Assembly (NCBI RefSeq): GCF_000803625.1
Contig: NZ_CP007496.1
Span: forward strand, 480,001 to 512,000
Direction: 5' to 3'
Length of the DNA stretch: 32,000 nt
Origin: Candidatus Nanosynbacter lyticus
GTDB taxonomy: Bacteria > Patescibacteriota > Saccharimonadia > Saccharimonadales > Saccharimonadaceae
Positions 16,887-28,325 of this stretch are shown piece by piece. The notes below the pieces were generated by a model. That model had not been told where the DNA came from. It was given only the letters and a program-made list of their open reading frames with translations, and did not search any database. Each line of letters begins with the position of its first letter. Within the stretch, counting starts at the first letter, position 1. The translations under genes and the position numbers were made by a program.

Positions 16887-18176
16887 TTAGTCCTTAAATT
16901 GTGAGAAAAATTGATTCTTTCTGGCAATCCATTCCGGAGTTTGGCGGACCAGATATTTATCATCCTCAGTACTGTGAAGATTGATCTTTATCGACTCCTC
17001 TAGCCATACGCCGCCGCTCGATCCCTTAAACAATGCAATTCCCTCTGACCTCAATTTATCCCGCACAAACGATCCGGCCTCGATAGCGTTTTTACACTCT
17101 TTTACCTGACAGCCTTTTTGGCGAGCGGCTGGCGCCAAATATTGATTAGCTTTATCACCCACCGTAACGACCCAGTCCAATAAATCCGGGTTACAATTCG
17201 CGCCGAGTTCAGCATGAACTTGCTCAAAAATCCCTTTCAAACCGTTCATATTACCAAGCACAGCAATTCGCTGTGGCGTCTCTATTCGGTAAAGAGATTG
17301 GAGAGCCGCCAATGCCGTCAGTGGCGTTGAACTATAGCTATCATCAATCAGCCACGTGTTATCGGCCCCCTTCAGTAAATTCATCCGACCTGGCAGCGGC
17401 CGCAAAGATTCCACGCCCTTTTTGATATTCTCCTCAGACTCACCTAAAGCATAGCCGACAGCTGCCGCGACTACTGCTGGACGGACGTTGTGTTCGCCAA
17501 TCAGCTTAACGTCAACTTCTAGACCGTCTGGATTTTCTGGTGACATAATAAAACCATGATGGCCATCCGTCAAAGAAAAATTACGATCATCAAAATTATA
17601 CTCTGCCACCGGATCGCTGCCGTAAGTAGTAATGTTAGGATTTGTCAGAAAGCTCGCAAAACGCCCATCAATATCATCACGATTAATCATTGCCATACGC
17701 GAATAGTTAGCCAAAGAAATCATCTCATTCGCCACCTCTTCCAAAGAGTGTTCAACCTGCATACGACCATTTGTCGCAGACGTCACAACCGCAATATCAG
17801 GCATTATATAATTTTTAAACCATAAATTATAACCAGGCTCTTTCGGGTTAAATTCCTGGACAATGATCTGAATATCCGGCTTCTCAGCCTTAATTCTTTT
17901 CTTTACCGCCCTTATTACCTTCCACCATTTGAATAAGCCTTTTTCCGGCATCCTAACACCCATCATCTGTAGTAAAACGTCGGCTTTTGTTTTTGGCTCA
18001 TCAGTACGGAGTTGGATATCAAATTGCCGAGATAAAACTGTACCAATAGCAATTTTTGCACTAGCCTTCCCAGCACTGCCTGTTACTGCCACCAATCTAA
18101 CTTCTGGATGAGCAGCAAAAAACTCCCGCACTAATTCTGCTAGTTTTTCTTCCCTCTTTTTTGAAACCGTAACCAT
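16887..18176 (-). CDS. Mur ligase family protein, MurF-like, lacking the usual N-terminal domain
   Basis: 429-aa ORF with P-loop VTGSAGKAS at residue 32 and MurF-type motifs GEHNVRPAVVAAAVGYALG, GRMNLL and LIDDSYSSTPLTALAAL. Confidence 0.8.
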   Translation of the reverse strand: MVTVSKKREEKLAELVREFFAAHPEVRLVAVTGSAGKASAKIAIGTVLSRQFDIQLRTDEPKTKADVLLQMMGVRMPEKGLFKWWKVIRAVKKRIKAEKPDIQIIVQEFNPKEPGYNLWFKNYIMPDIAVVTSATNGRMQVEHSLEEVANEMISLANYSRMAMINRDDIDGRFASFLTNPNITTYGSDPVAEYNFDDRNFSLTDGHHGFIMSPENPDGLEVDVKLIGEHNVRPAVVAAAVGYALGESEENIKKGVESLRPLPGRMNLLKGADNTWLIDDSYSSTPLTALAALQSLYRIETPQRIAVLGNMNGLKGIFEQVHAELGANCNPDLLDWVVTVGDKANQYLAPAARQKGCQVKECKNAIEAGSFVRDKLRSEGIALFKGSSGGVWLEESIKINLHSTEDDKYLVRQTPEWIARKNQFFSQFKD

Positions 18177-18333
18177 AACTATATCATACCATAAGCATCA
18201 TAGAAGAGCTGCTACGCGCCCACCCGGGGCATTTTGAAAATGTGTTTGTCTTTCAATTGGCAAGCATAGGAGATGCCCCTATGCGTACCAGCTCACTTGT
18301 GATTATGCACCAATTGTCACAAAAACACAAGCA

Positions 18334-19041
18334 CTATTTTTGCTTTGTGTATTCTGGCAAGACTTTTCCGGCAAGAGCTACTGCCATCAGTACCGCAAAA
18401 CCGCACATAATCGACGGGATGCCAGTGATAGTTGATGGATCAATGATATTGACAAACGTCGTTGGTACAATGAACAATACATAGCCAATAATCAATGACC
18501 ACAGCGAGCGACGAATATACTTTTTGGCATTTTTACCACGAGTATAGGCGTAGGCAATCGCCATGAACAACAAGCCGTAGTAGTACAACCCATACCACTC
18601 ACTGATGCCTGGCTGATTTTCAAAAATAACATAGTTTCCCAGACAGACGCCAGCACTAACGCCATTTACGGCCAGCAAAAAGTAACCGATGAATACAGCT
18701 GCTAGGACGTATCCCAGCACTGGGATCCAGCGTCGTTTGTCGGCAGAGATCTGATAGACCAGATGAATACCCAGAGGTGGCAACATGGTGATCGCCACGT
18801 AGCCAAGCTTTGCCCAGCCCACGCTATCAAACAGCACCGTGCCTTCACAAACGTTATATTCAGCCCATTGAAACAGTGCTAGACAAACGAGTAGCGCCAC
18901 GACGATCCTCGTCACGGGAGTTAGTTTGTAACGCCACACTGTATGAATCGCTAAAATAATCTCAATAGCTAAGGTTGCCAACATCACTGGCGGTGAAAAA
19001 CAGTAGAGCTTCGGTGTTCTGAATTTATCCATATGGTGCAT
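18334..19041 (-). CDS. polytopic membrane protein, unknown function
   Basis: 235-aa ORF with about 7 hydrophobic helices. It starts 6 nt downstream of the GT2 gene stop (translationally linked). Confidence 0.65.
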   Translation of the reverse strand: MHHMDKFRTPKLYCFSPPVMLATLAIEIILAIHTVWRYKLTPVTRIVVALLVCLALFQWAEYNVCEGTVLFDSVGWAKLGYVAITMLPPLGIHLVYQISADKRRWIPVLGYVLAAVFIGYFLLAVNGVSAGVCLGNYVIFENQPGISEWYGLYYYGLLFMAIAYAYTRGKNAKKYIRRSLWSLIIGYVLFIVPTTFVNIIDPSTITGIPSIMCGFAVLMAVALAGKVLPEYTKQK

Positions 19042-19047
19042 TATACA

Positions 19048-19824
19048 CTAGTCTTGGTCGGTCTTGATGTGGTACTTCTGGTAGAACAGCTTGGCAGACT
19101 GCTCAATCTCCCGGTGGCGAGCCTTACCGCGAACGTCAATGTCCAGATGTGTACAGACGATATCTCCAGTCGCCATAATCTTCACACCCGCCTCACGCAG
19201 TCGATGCGCTAAATCCTGCCCTTCGTGATAGCGAAACTCTGCGTCATATCCACCAACCTTTGCAAAATCATCAATCAGCAGCGCGAAGCTCCCCTCAGCC
19301 ACCCAGTCAACTTGACGATCCACCGTAACTCGCTCGCCCCAAATCCATGGATAGTCCCAGCCGCGTTGCTGTAATGTTTGGCGATGATCTGCTTGGACTA
19401 CCTGTGTAAACTGCCGGTCATGCTGCGGGTGCATTTCATGGCCATAATTCCAGGCCATCGGCTGACCGTTGTTGTAGAGAATAGTACTGCCAAGCATGAT
19501 ATGATTTTCGCCAGCAAACTTTTGGCGCAACATATCGGCAACATTCTCTGTCTCAACGCGCATGTCACAATCGATGAACCATACCACGCCAGTTTTATGC
19601 ATATCCAAAAAACGATTACGATTGGCTCCTGCGCCAATATTTTTCTCACCAAAGATAAAATTGACTACCGGAAATTCACGGGCGAGATCTTGCAGTTTTT
19701 GCTGGTCGGTGGAATGATCATCAAGCACCGTGATGCTATCAAAATCCTGTTCTGTCAGCTGCGCCAAAAGACTCCTCAAAGCCTGAGGCGCGTTATAGTG
19801 TGGGATGGCGACGTGAACTTGCAT
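19048..19824 (-). CDS. family 2 glycosyltransferase
   Basis: 258-aa ORF with GT-A fold motifs (VAIPHYN, VLDDHSTD, FIDCDM as the DxD). SD GAGGT upstream. Confidence 0.85.
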   Translation of the reverse strand: MQVHVAIPHYNAPQALRSLLAQLTEQDFDSITVLDDHSTDQQKLQDLAREFPVVNFIFGEKNIGAGANRNRFLDMHKTGVVWFIDCDMRVETENVADMLRQKFAGENHIMLGSTILYNNGQPMAWNYGHEMHPQHDRQFTQVVQADHRQTLQQRGWDYPWIWGERVTVDRQVDWVAEGSFALLIDDFAKVGGYDAEFRYHEGQDLAHRLREAGVKIMATGDIVCTHLDIDVRGKARHREIEQSAKLFYQKYHIKTDQD

Positions 19825-19846
19825 ATCGTTTTACCTCGTCAGTGAA

Positions 19847-20284
19847 CTAATCACCGAACTCCTGTTCTTCACTATCTGCTTTTTCTTCACGATATTTATC
19901 TGGCTGGGCACGGAAAATTTCTACCCATTTACTGCCATCGACCAGGTCGTTATATTCAATATAGTGCCGATTATCAAAGCCGCCCTTTTTCTGCTTTTTG
20001 CGCGCCATTTCCTCTTGGACTTGCTCTGTAGAAAAGCCAAAATCTTGGTGTAGTGTATCAACAACTTCTTGCAAATCAGCCAGCTCTTTGAGTGATTCAT
20101 CACGCTGTTTATCACCCAGCGGAATCTCATCTGCCTCCTCATGAACTTTATGCACTAGCTCACGGCGAAATTCCCGACTGTCCAATTCACGGTATTCCGT
20201 ATGTAACACTTCTGGGTCATCCAAACAATTTGACACCACTCTATCGCGCACTAGTTTTTGTAAGTAAAATCGGACCATCACCAC
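19847..20284 (-). CDS. MazG-like / PRA-PH-like all-alpha nucleoside triphosphate pyrophosphohydrolase
   Basis: 145-aa ORF with KLVRDRV... at the N-terminus, EExxE-type acidic helices (HEEADEI, ELADLQEVVDTL) and KKGGFDNR, as in the KLVRDKI-type NTP-PPase family. Confidence 0.7.
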   Translation of the reverse strand: MVMVRFYLQKLVRDRVVSNCLDDPEVLHTEYRELDSREFRRELVHKVHEEADEIPLGDKQRDESLKELADLQEVVDTLHQDFGFSTEQVQEEMARKKQKKGGFDNRHYIEYNDLVDGSKWVEIFRAQPDKYREEKADSEEQEFGD

Positions 20285-20287
20285 CCC

Positions 20288-23372
<3,085 letters not shown>

Positions 23373-23374
23373 GA

Positions 23375-24250
23375 TTACATCTTTGTTGCATTATTTCTCA
23401 ATCTAGTAATTCGATCTTCTAGTGGTGGGTGGGTGCTAAATAATTTCGAGAAAAAGCCAGGTTTAAGAGGGTTATTCATAAATAAGTTGGCGGTTGAAGA
23501 ACTCTGTTTTTGCATTGGACGGCCAAATTGACGTAATTTCTCCAGAGCACTTGCCAAACCCTCAGTATCGCGCGTCAACAATACACCAGAAGCGTCAGCC
23601 AAGTATTCTCTCTGCCGGCTAACTGCTAATTGCGTAATCGTCGCCAAAATTGGAGCCAGGATAACTACTACTAGTCCAAGAGCGTAAACTATTGGACTAA
23701 CCTCTCTGTCTCTATCATCGCTATAAAACATCATCCTTAATGCCAAATCTGCGAACAAACCAATTGCGCTCACCAGACCAAAAGCAATCATACTGACACG
23801 AATATCGTAATTACGCACATGACTCATCTCGTGCGCCATCACCGCCTCCAGTTCGCGCTTATCCATAATCTCCAACAATCCAGTAGTCGCACCAACAATT
23901 GCATGTTTTGGATCACGACCTGTTGCAAAGGCGTTTGGTGCTGGATCGTCAATAATATATACTTTTGGCATCGGCATACCAGAAGTAATTGCCAAATTTT
24001 CCACCACTCGCCATAGTTCAGGCGCATCATTTTTCTCAATCTCCTGCGCGCCCGTCATTGCCATAGCCAACTTGCCAGCGATAAAATATTGTAGCCAAGC
24101 GTACAGAATCGCACATATAAAAATTATAAGCGACAGAGAATAGCTATCGGCCACTATGCCGATAAATACCCCAATAATGCCAATAATTGCCACGAAAACT
24201 GCCATAATCAATACAGTGTTGCGTTTATTTTGAGAAACTGCGTTATACAT
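23375..24250 (-). CDS. htpX: zinc metalloprotease HtpX (peptidase M48)
   Basis: 291-aa ORF with the HEMSH zinc motif, an M48 topology of four TM segments and a conserved C-terminal STHPPLEDRI. Confidence 0.93.
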   Translation of the reverse strand: MYNAVSQNKRNTVLIMAVFVAIIGIIGVFIGIVADSYSLSLIIFICAILYAWLQYFIAGKLAMAMTGAQEIEKNDAPELWRVVENLAITSGMPMPKVYIIDDPAPNAFATGRDPKHAIVGATTGLLEIMDKRELEAVMAHEMSHVRNYDIRVSMIAFGLVSAIGLFADLALRMMFYSDDRDREVSPIVYALGLVVVILAPILATITQLAVSRQREYLADASGVLLTRDTEGLASALEKLRQFGRPMQKQSSSTANLFMNNPLKPGFFSKLFSTHPPLEDRITRLRNNATKM

Positions 24251-24263
24251 ATCTTAATTATAA

Positions 24264-24298
24264 CAAAAACCGCCCACTTTCGACAGCGAGCGGTTTTG
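24264..24298 (-). terminator. intrinsic terminator between lemA and htpX
   Basis: On the minus strand: CCGCTCGC-tgtcgaaa-GTGGGCGG (two G-U pairs) followed by TTTTTG. It is followed directly by the htpX -10 box. Confidence 0.55.
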
Positions 24299-24312
24299 AT
24301 TTTTGGCTTAAA

Positions 24313-24882
24313 TTAGAACTTTACTTCTACTGGGTTTTCAACACTTGCTCGATCTTCAACATCGAAGAATTCCTTAGCCTGGAATCCGAACATTCCCGCA
24401 ACAATATTTGCTGGAAAGGTTTGGATCTTAGTGTTTAAATCGCGTACTCCGCCGTTATAGAATCGACGAGCGGCTTGAATTTTATCTTCAGTGTCAACCA
24501 GTTCCTGTTGCAATTGCAAGAAGTTTTGATTAGCTTTCAGCTCAGGATAAGCCTCAGCAACTGCAAACAAGCTCTTCAAAACGCCTTCCATCATGTTCTC
24601 AGCCTTAGCGGTGTCTGCCGCGCCTTGAGCATTCATTATTGCTGAACGAGCTTCCGTTACTTTTTCAAATACCTCTTTTTCATGTGTAGCATAACCCTTG
24701 ACGGAATTGACTAAATTTGGAATTAAGTCAGTTCGGCGTTTCAGCTGTACAGTGATATCACTCCACGCTTCTTCAACACGATTACGCAGCGTTACCAGAC
24801 CATTATATGAACCGATAACGAACATAATTATCACACCCAATAAAGCCGCAATAACTATAAGCACAATTGCTAATACACTCAT
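24313..24882 (-). CDS. lemA: LemA family protein
   Basis: 189-aa ORF with an N-terminal TM and LemA core motifs (YNGLVTLRNRVEEAWSDI, RRTDLIPNLV, ARRFYNGGVRDLN). Confidence 0.9.
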   Translation of the reverse strand: MSVLAIVLIVIAALLGVIIMFVIGSYNGLVTLRNRVEEAWSDITVQLKRRTDLIPNLVNSVKGYATHEKEVFEKVTEARSAIMNAQGAADTAKAENMMEGVLKSLFAVAEAYPELKANQNFLQLQQELVDTEDKIQAARRFYNGGVRDLNTKIQTFPANIVAGMFGFQAKEFFDVEDRASVENPVEVKF

Positions 24883-24923
24883 TTACCTTATTACCCTTTC
24901 TATTAAACTTTCCTTTACAGTTT

Positions 24924-25009
24924 TGGTGCGCAAGGCGGGAATCGAACCCGCACGACTTTTGGTCAAGGGATTTTAAGTCCCTCGCGTCTACCAATTCCGC
25001 CACTCGCGC
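24924..25009 (-). tRNA. tRNA-Leu (anticodon TAA), CCA encoded
   Basis: Manual fold: acceptor GCGCGAG/CTTGCGC, anticodon stem AGGGA/TCCCT with loop CT-TAA-AA, a long variable arm and T arm GCGGG-TTCGATT-CCCGC. Confidence 0.92.
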
Positions 25010-25068
25010 GTATATATTTACAAGCCAGACATTTACACACCTGACACTGCCTATATTATACTATATTT

Positions 25069-25659
25069 ATGAAGCAAATTGTAATAATTCACGGCGGTTC
25101 AAGCTTTAATAGCTACGAAAATTACTTAAATCACCTAAAGTCCAGCCAACTTCACTACGAAAGACTACTTTGGTCGCAAAAATGGCGAGACTGGCTGGCG
25201 CAGGAAATCGTCGACACTGATGTTTTGTTGCCGGATTTCCCTAATAAGCAAAACGCCAGCTACGCTGAGTGGAAAATATACTTCGAAAAACTACTGCCCC
25301 TGCTTGGCGATGATGTCCAATTAGTTGGATATAGCCTGGGTGCAATGTTTTTGGCAAAATATTTACACGAATCACCGCTTAGCTCGCCAGTTCGACGATT
25401 GGTATTAGTGTCACCATGCTATGACGACGAATCAGTTGAAGATTTAGGTAGTTTTCGAGTGACAAGTGCTGCTGGTTTAGAAAAATCAGCAAAGGAAGTT
25501 CATTTATTTCACAGCAAAGATGACCCGGTCGTGCCGTTTACTGAGCTTGCCAAATTTCAGCGTGATTTGCCAACAGCTAAGTTGCATATTTTTGAAGACC
25601 GTAATCATTTCTTCCAGCCGACATTCCCTGAGCTAAAAGAATTATTAGAACAAAAATAG
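25069..25659 (+). CDS. alpha/beta hydrolase (YdeN/RBBP9-type serine hydrolase)
   Basis: 196-aa ORF with nucleophile elbow GYSLGA and Asp (SKDDPVVP) and His (DRNHFF) triad candidates. -10 TATACT (25057-25062) lies 6 nt upstream of the ATG. Confidence 0.78.
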   Translation: MKQIVIIHGGSSFNSYENYLNHLKSSQLHYERLLWSQKWRDWLAQEIVDTDVLLPDFPNKQNASYAEWKIYFEKLLPLLGDDVQLVGYSLGAMFLAKYLHESPLSSPVRRLVLVSPCYDDESVEDLGSFRVTSAAGLEKSAKEVHLFHSKDDPVVPFTELAKFQRDLPTAKLHIFEDRNHFFQPTFPELKELLEQK

Positions 25660-25687
25660 CCCTAAGATTAGAGCTATCGATGATTTC

Positions 25688-25761
25688 TGGAGGCACGTAC
25701 GAGAGTCGAACTCGTCTAAAAGGTTTTGCAGACCTCTGCGTAACCGCTCCGCCAACGCGCC
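25688..25761 (-). tRNA. tRNA-Cys (anticodon GCA), CCA encoded
   Basis: Manual fold: acceptor GGCGCGT/ACGTGCC, a 3-bp D stem with a G13:A22 mismatch, anticodon loop CT-GCA-AA and T arm ACGAG-TTCGACT-CTCGT. Confidence 0.9.
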
Positions 25762-25773
25762 GTTCGGTATGCT

Positions 25774-25861
25774 TGGTGCGAGCGAGAAGACTTGAACTTC
25801 CATGAGCGCAATGCTCACTAGCCCCTCAAGCTAGCGCGTCTACCAATTCCGCCACGCCCGC
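25774..25861 (-). tRNA. tRNA-Leu (anticodon GAG), CCA encoded
   Basis: Manual fold: acceptor GCGGGCG/CGCTCGC, anticodon stem CTAGC/GCTAG with loop TT-GAG-GG and a long variable arm. The D arm is identical to that of the other tRNA-Leu. Confidence 0.92.
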
Positions 25862-25885
25862 ATAGCCAATTACCATTATACCTAA

Positions 25886-27676
25886 TTACGGTGTTTTGTA
25901 AACGGACTGTTTCTCTGCTGCCCAATATTGAACATCGACATACCTGTCAACAGGATTAACAACTTCTGTTTTTTCATCAAGTACCCTAACTGAACGAATA
26001 TGAATGTAGTCAAACTTTGGCTGGTACAGAGCAATCGCTGGAGCGTCCGTCTTCCAAGTATTAGCAAACTTTTCATAACGATCAGACCGCTGCTTTAGGG
26101 ACAATTTTGAACGACCGCTTTCTAGGGCGTCATCCGCCACGGCATTATTATAATTAGAGAAATTCAATCCGTTATTTGTAGCTTGAGACGAGTGCCAATA
26201 GGCGTAAACATCTGGATCACCACCCAGCGACAACTCGTAAATTAGCACATCAAAATTACGAGGTTGCAAAATTGTCTGAAGGATATTCTGAGAAGCGTCA
26301 TTTGGATCGATCACCTTAACATCTACTTCTATATTTAGTTCATTACGCCATACTTGAGCTAAATATTGAGCGGCCTTCTCGTAGTTATTATTTTTTAGAG
26401 CAACCATGTTTAGTTTTAATTTGACATTTTCTTTCTGACGAGCGTTGTCGACAACCTTCCAACCCTCAGCATCAAGCAAGGACTTCGCCTTTTTTGTGTC
26501 ATAGCCCAGCGGCTGAGAGGCTTTACCTAGAAACTTGTTTAATATCGGCCCGGACAACTCCTCTATTGATGACGACAAGGACTGGCGCAACTTACCAGTA
26601 TCGACACTAAGAGCTAGGGCTTGACGAACGGACTTTGACTGCAAGAACTGACTATTGTTGTTAAATAGCGCATAAACACCATTATTCAAGGAGTGAGACT
26701 CTGCCGCATACATAGACTTAACTTCTGCCGGCTGATCGTTATAAATCAATTCTGACGTACCCGTAATCTCTCTGGTCCTGAGACTTTTAACAATGTCATC
26801 TTGAGTTGGATAAACATATAGCTGGAAGCGATCAAGTTTAGCCGTACCGCCATAATAATTACCGTTAGACTGTAGATATAGGACCTTCTTACTGCCATCA
26901 CTCGTAACATTCTGTAGTAGCCTAAACGCAAACGGGCCGCTAGAAATTGGCGCTTTGCTAAAATCATGTTCTCGTAAGTTCGACGGTTTAACATCTTTTA
27001 GCGCATGCTCTGGAACAATTGGAAATGTCAACGCATGAACAAATGGCGAATAAGACGCGGGCAAAATAAATTTTACTGAGTCTTCGGAGACTTTTTCAAA
27101 TTTAATTGAGCGCCAACCGGATATCTCAGCTCCCACTTCTGGATTAGCTAAAAGCTTTAGCGTAAAAATTACGTCGTTAATCGTCAGGTCATATCCATCT
27201 GACCACTTCAGATTTTTCTTTAGCTTAACTGTATATTCCGTTTCCTTATAATTAACCTTTACTCCGTCTGCCAGGTCGGTTTTTATATTGCCAGTCGAGT
27301 CATACCTATACAGGCTGGAAAATAGCAGTTTAGTGGCAGATTTTTCGGCGCTAGTTTTTGCAAAAATTGGGTTTAGATTTTCCAGAGGACCTAATACACC
27401 CTCAGAATACGAACCGCCAGAAGCGTATGTCATAGTCGTAAAAGAATTGCGCGAAATGTGCCACTGCACAGCACTAACGCCAATCATCACCAGAACCAAA
27501 GCTACCCAAATAGACACACGGCGTCTCACATTTGCAAGTCGATCTAAACGAGACATCACAAATTTATGTGCATGTCGCAAGCTACCCTTTTCGATTTTAC
27601 GCAAACGCTTATTGACGCCTTTACGAGAGACTTTTAGGCGCGCAAATCGGTTCCATGACGATTTGTCTGAACTCAA
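25886..27676 (-). CDS. ABC transporter substrate-binding protein, family 5 (peptide/nickel, OppA/DppA-like), membrane anchored
   Basis: 596-aa ORF with a TTG start preceded by AGGAGA. It has an N-terminal basic segment plus TM (VSIWVALVLVMIGVSAV) and the length and sequence character of an SBP_bac_5 protein (KWSDGYDLTINDV, GPF..., YLQSNGNYYGG). Confidence 0.82.
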   Translation of the reverse strand: MSSDKSSWNRFARLKVSRKGVNKRLRKIEKGSLRHAHKFVMSRLDRLANVRRRVSIWVALVLVMIGVSAVQWHISRNSFTTMTYASGGSYSEGVLGPLENLNPIFAKTSAEKSATKLLFSSLYRYDSTGNIKTDLADGVKVNYKETEYTVKLKKNLKWSDGYDLTINDVIFTLKLLANPEVGAEISGWRSIKFEKVSEDSVKFILPASYSPFVHALTFPIVPEHALKDVKPSNLREHDFSKAPISSGPFAFRLLQNVTSDGSKKVLYLQSNGNYYGGTAKLDRFQLYVYPTQDDIVKSLRTREITGTSELIYNDQPAEVKSMYAAESHSLNNGVYALFNNNSQFLQSKSVRQALALSVDTGKLRQSLSSSIEELSGPILNKFLGKASQPLGYDTKKAKSLLDAEGWKVVDNARQKENVKLKLNMVALKNNNYEKAAQYLAQVWRNELNIEVDVKVIDPNDASQNILQTILQPRNFDVLIYELSLGGDPDVYAYWHSSQATNNGLNFSNYNNAVADDALESGRSKLSLKQRSDRYEKFANTWKTDAPAIALYQPKFDYIHIRSVRVLDEKTEVVNPVDRYVDVQYWAAEKQSVYKTP

Positions 27677-27686
27677 TTTTATTCTC

Positions 27687-27923
27687 CTATTTTTGCAATC
27701 CCGGCAAAATCATACTTGCCAAAATTGACAACACAAAAATCACCGCAAAAACTACGGTTACGTCAAATAAGTTTTTATCAAAACCGCGTCGGGTGGTAAA
27801 TAGTTCACCCGACGAACCAAAACCAGCACCCAAACTTGCACCTCGTTGCTGCAATAATATTGCAATAATCATCAGCACAGCCGATCCAAGCGTAACATAC
27901 GGTAAAATTGTATCAATTGACAT
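27687..27923 (-). CDS. secG: preprotein translocase subunit SecG
   Basis: Start at ATG 27923 (MSIDTILPYV) with AAGGAG upstream. SecG hallmark LLQQRGASLGAGFGSSGELFTTRRG lies between two TM helices. Confidence 0.85.
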   Translation of the reverse strand: MSIDTILPYVTLGSAVLMIIAILLQQRGASLGAGFGSSGELFTTRRGFDKNLFDVTVVFAVIFVLSILASMILPGLQK

Positions 27924-28299
27924 ATTGCTCCTTTTCTTCTCGCTGCAGAACCAGCGCACTACCTATAATATAGTTTACCAGACTCAGGATAATTCCGGCA
28001 ACAATTGAATGTGCAAATGTCATAGAAATTCCTGGCGCCAAAGCTAATGAGACATAAACCATCAATCCATTAACCACCAAAGTAAATAAGCCTAGGGTCA
28101 ATAAAATTGCTGGTAGTGCAAAAATTGTAACAATAGGCTTTAACGTACTATTAACCAATGAGAATATCAATCCCGCCATCATAAAAGTCCAAGCTGAGGT
28201 CGCTCCAGAATTACCATTACCAAGTAGTCGCACAGCCACCCAAATGCCAACTGAATTAAGAATCCAGCGCAGTAAAAATGTTGCAAATTGTCTCTTCAT
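27913..28299 (-). CDS. DUF360 / phage holin 4_2 family membrane protein (YvlD-like)
   Basis: 128-aa ORF with four TM helices and family-typical LNSVGIWVA...L.PG and LKPIVTIFALPAILLTLGLFTLVVNGLM. -10 TATAAT (28307-28312) lies 7 nt upstream of the ATG. Confidence 0.75.
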   Translation of the reverse strand: MKRQFATFLLRWILNSVGIWVAVRLLGNGNSGATSAWTFMMAGLIFSLVNSTLKPIVTIFALPAILLTLGLFTLVVNGLMVYVSLALAPGISMTFAHSIVAGIILSLVNYIIGSALVLQREEKEQYVN

Positions 28300-28325
28300 T
28301 AGTCTTATTATATAAAATTTGTGCT

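Noticed and set aside
18264-18284. Hairpin GCATAGG-agatgcc-CCTATGC as a terminator after the membrane protein gene 18334-19041.
   Set aside because: The stem is a perfect 7 bp but is not followed by a T-run on either strand. It is too weak to call.
24698-25109. Three ORFs (66-92 aa) around 24700-25109.
   Set aside because: They overlap lemA in antisense and/or read through tRNA-Leu(TAA), so they are artefacts.
25882-26076. 64-aa minus-strand ORF nested at the 3' end of the SBP gene.
   Set aside because: It is in a different frame and entirely inside the 596-aa SBP gene, with no independent signals.
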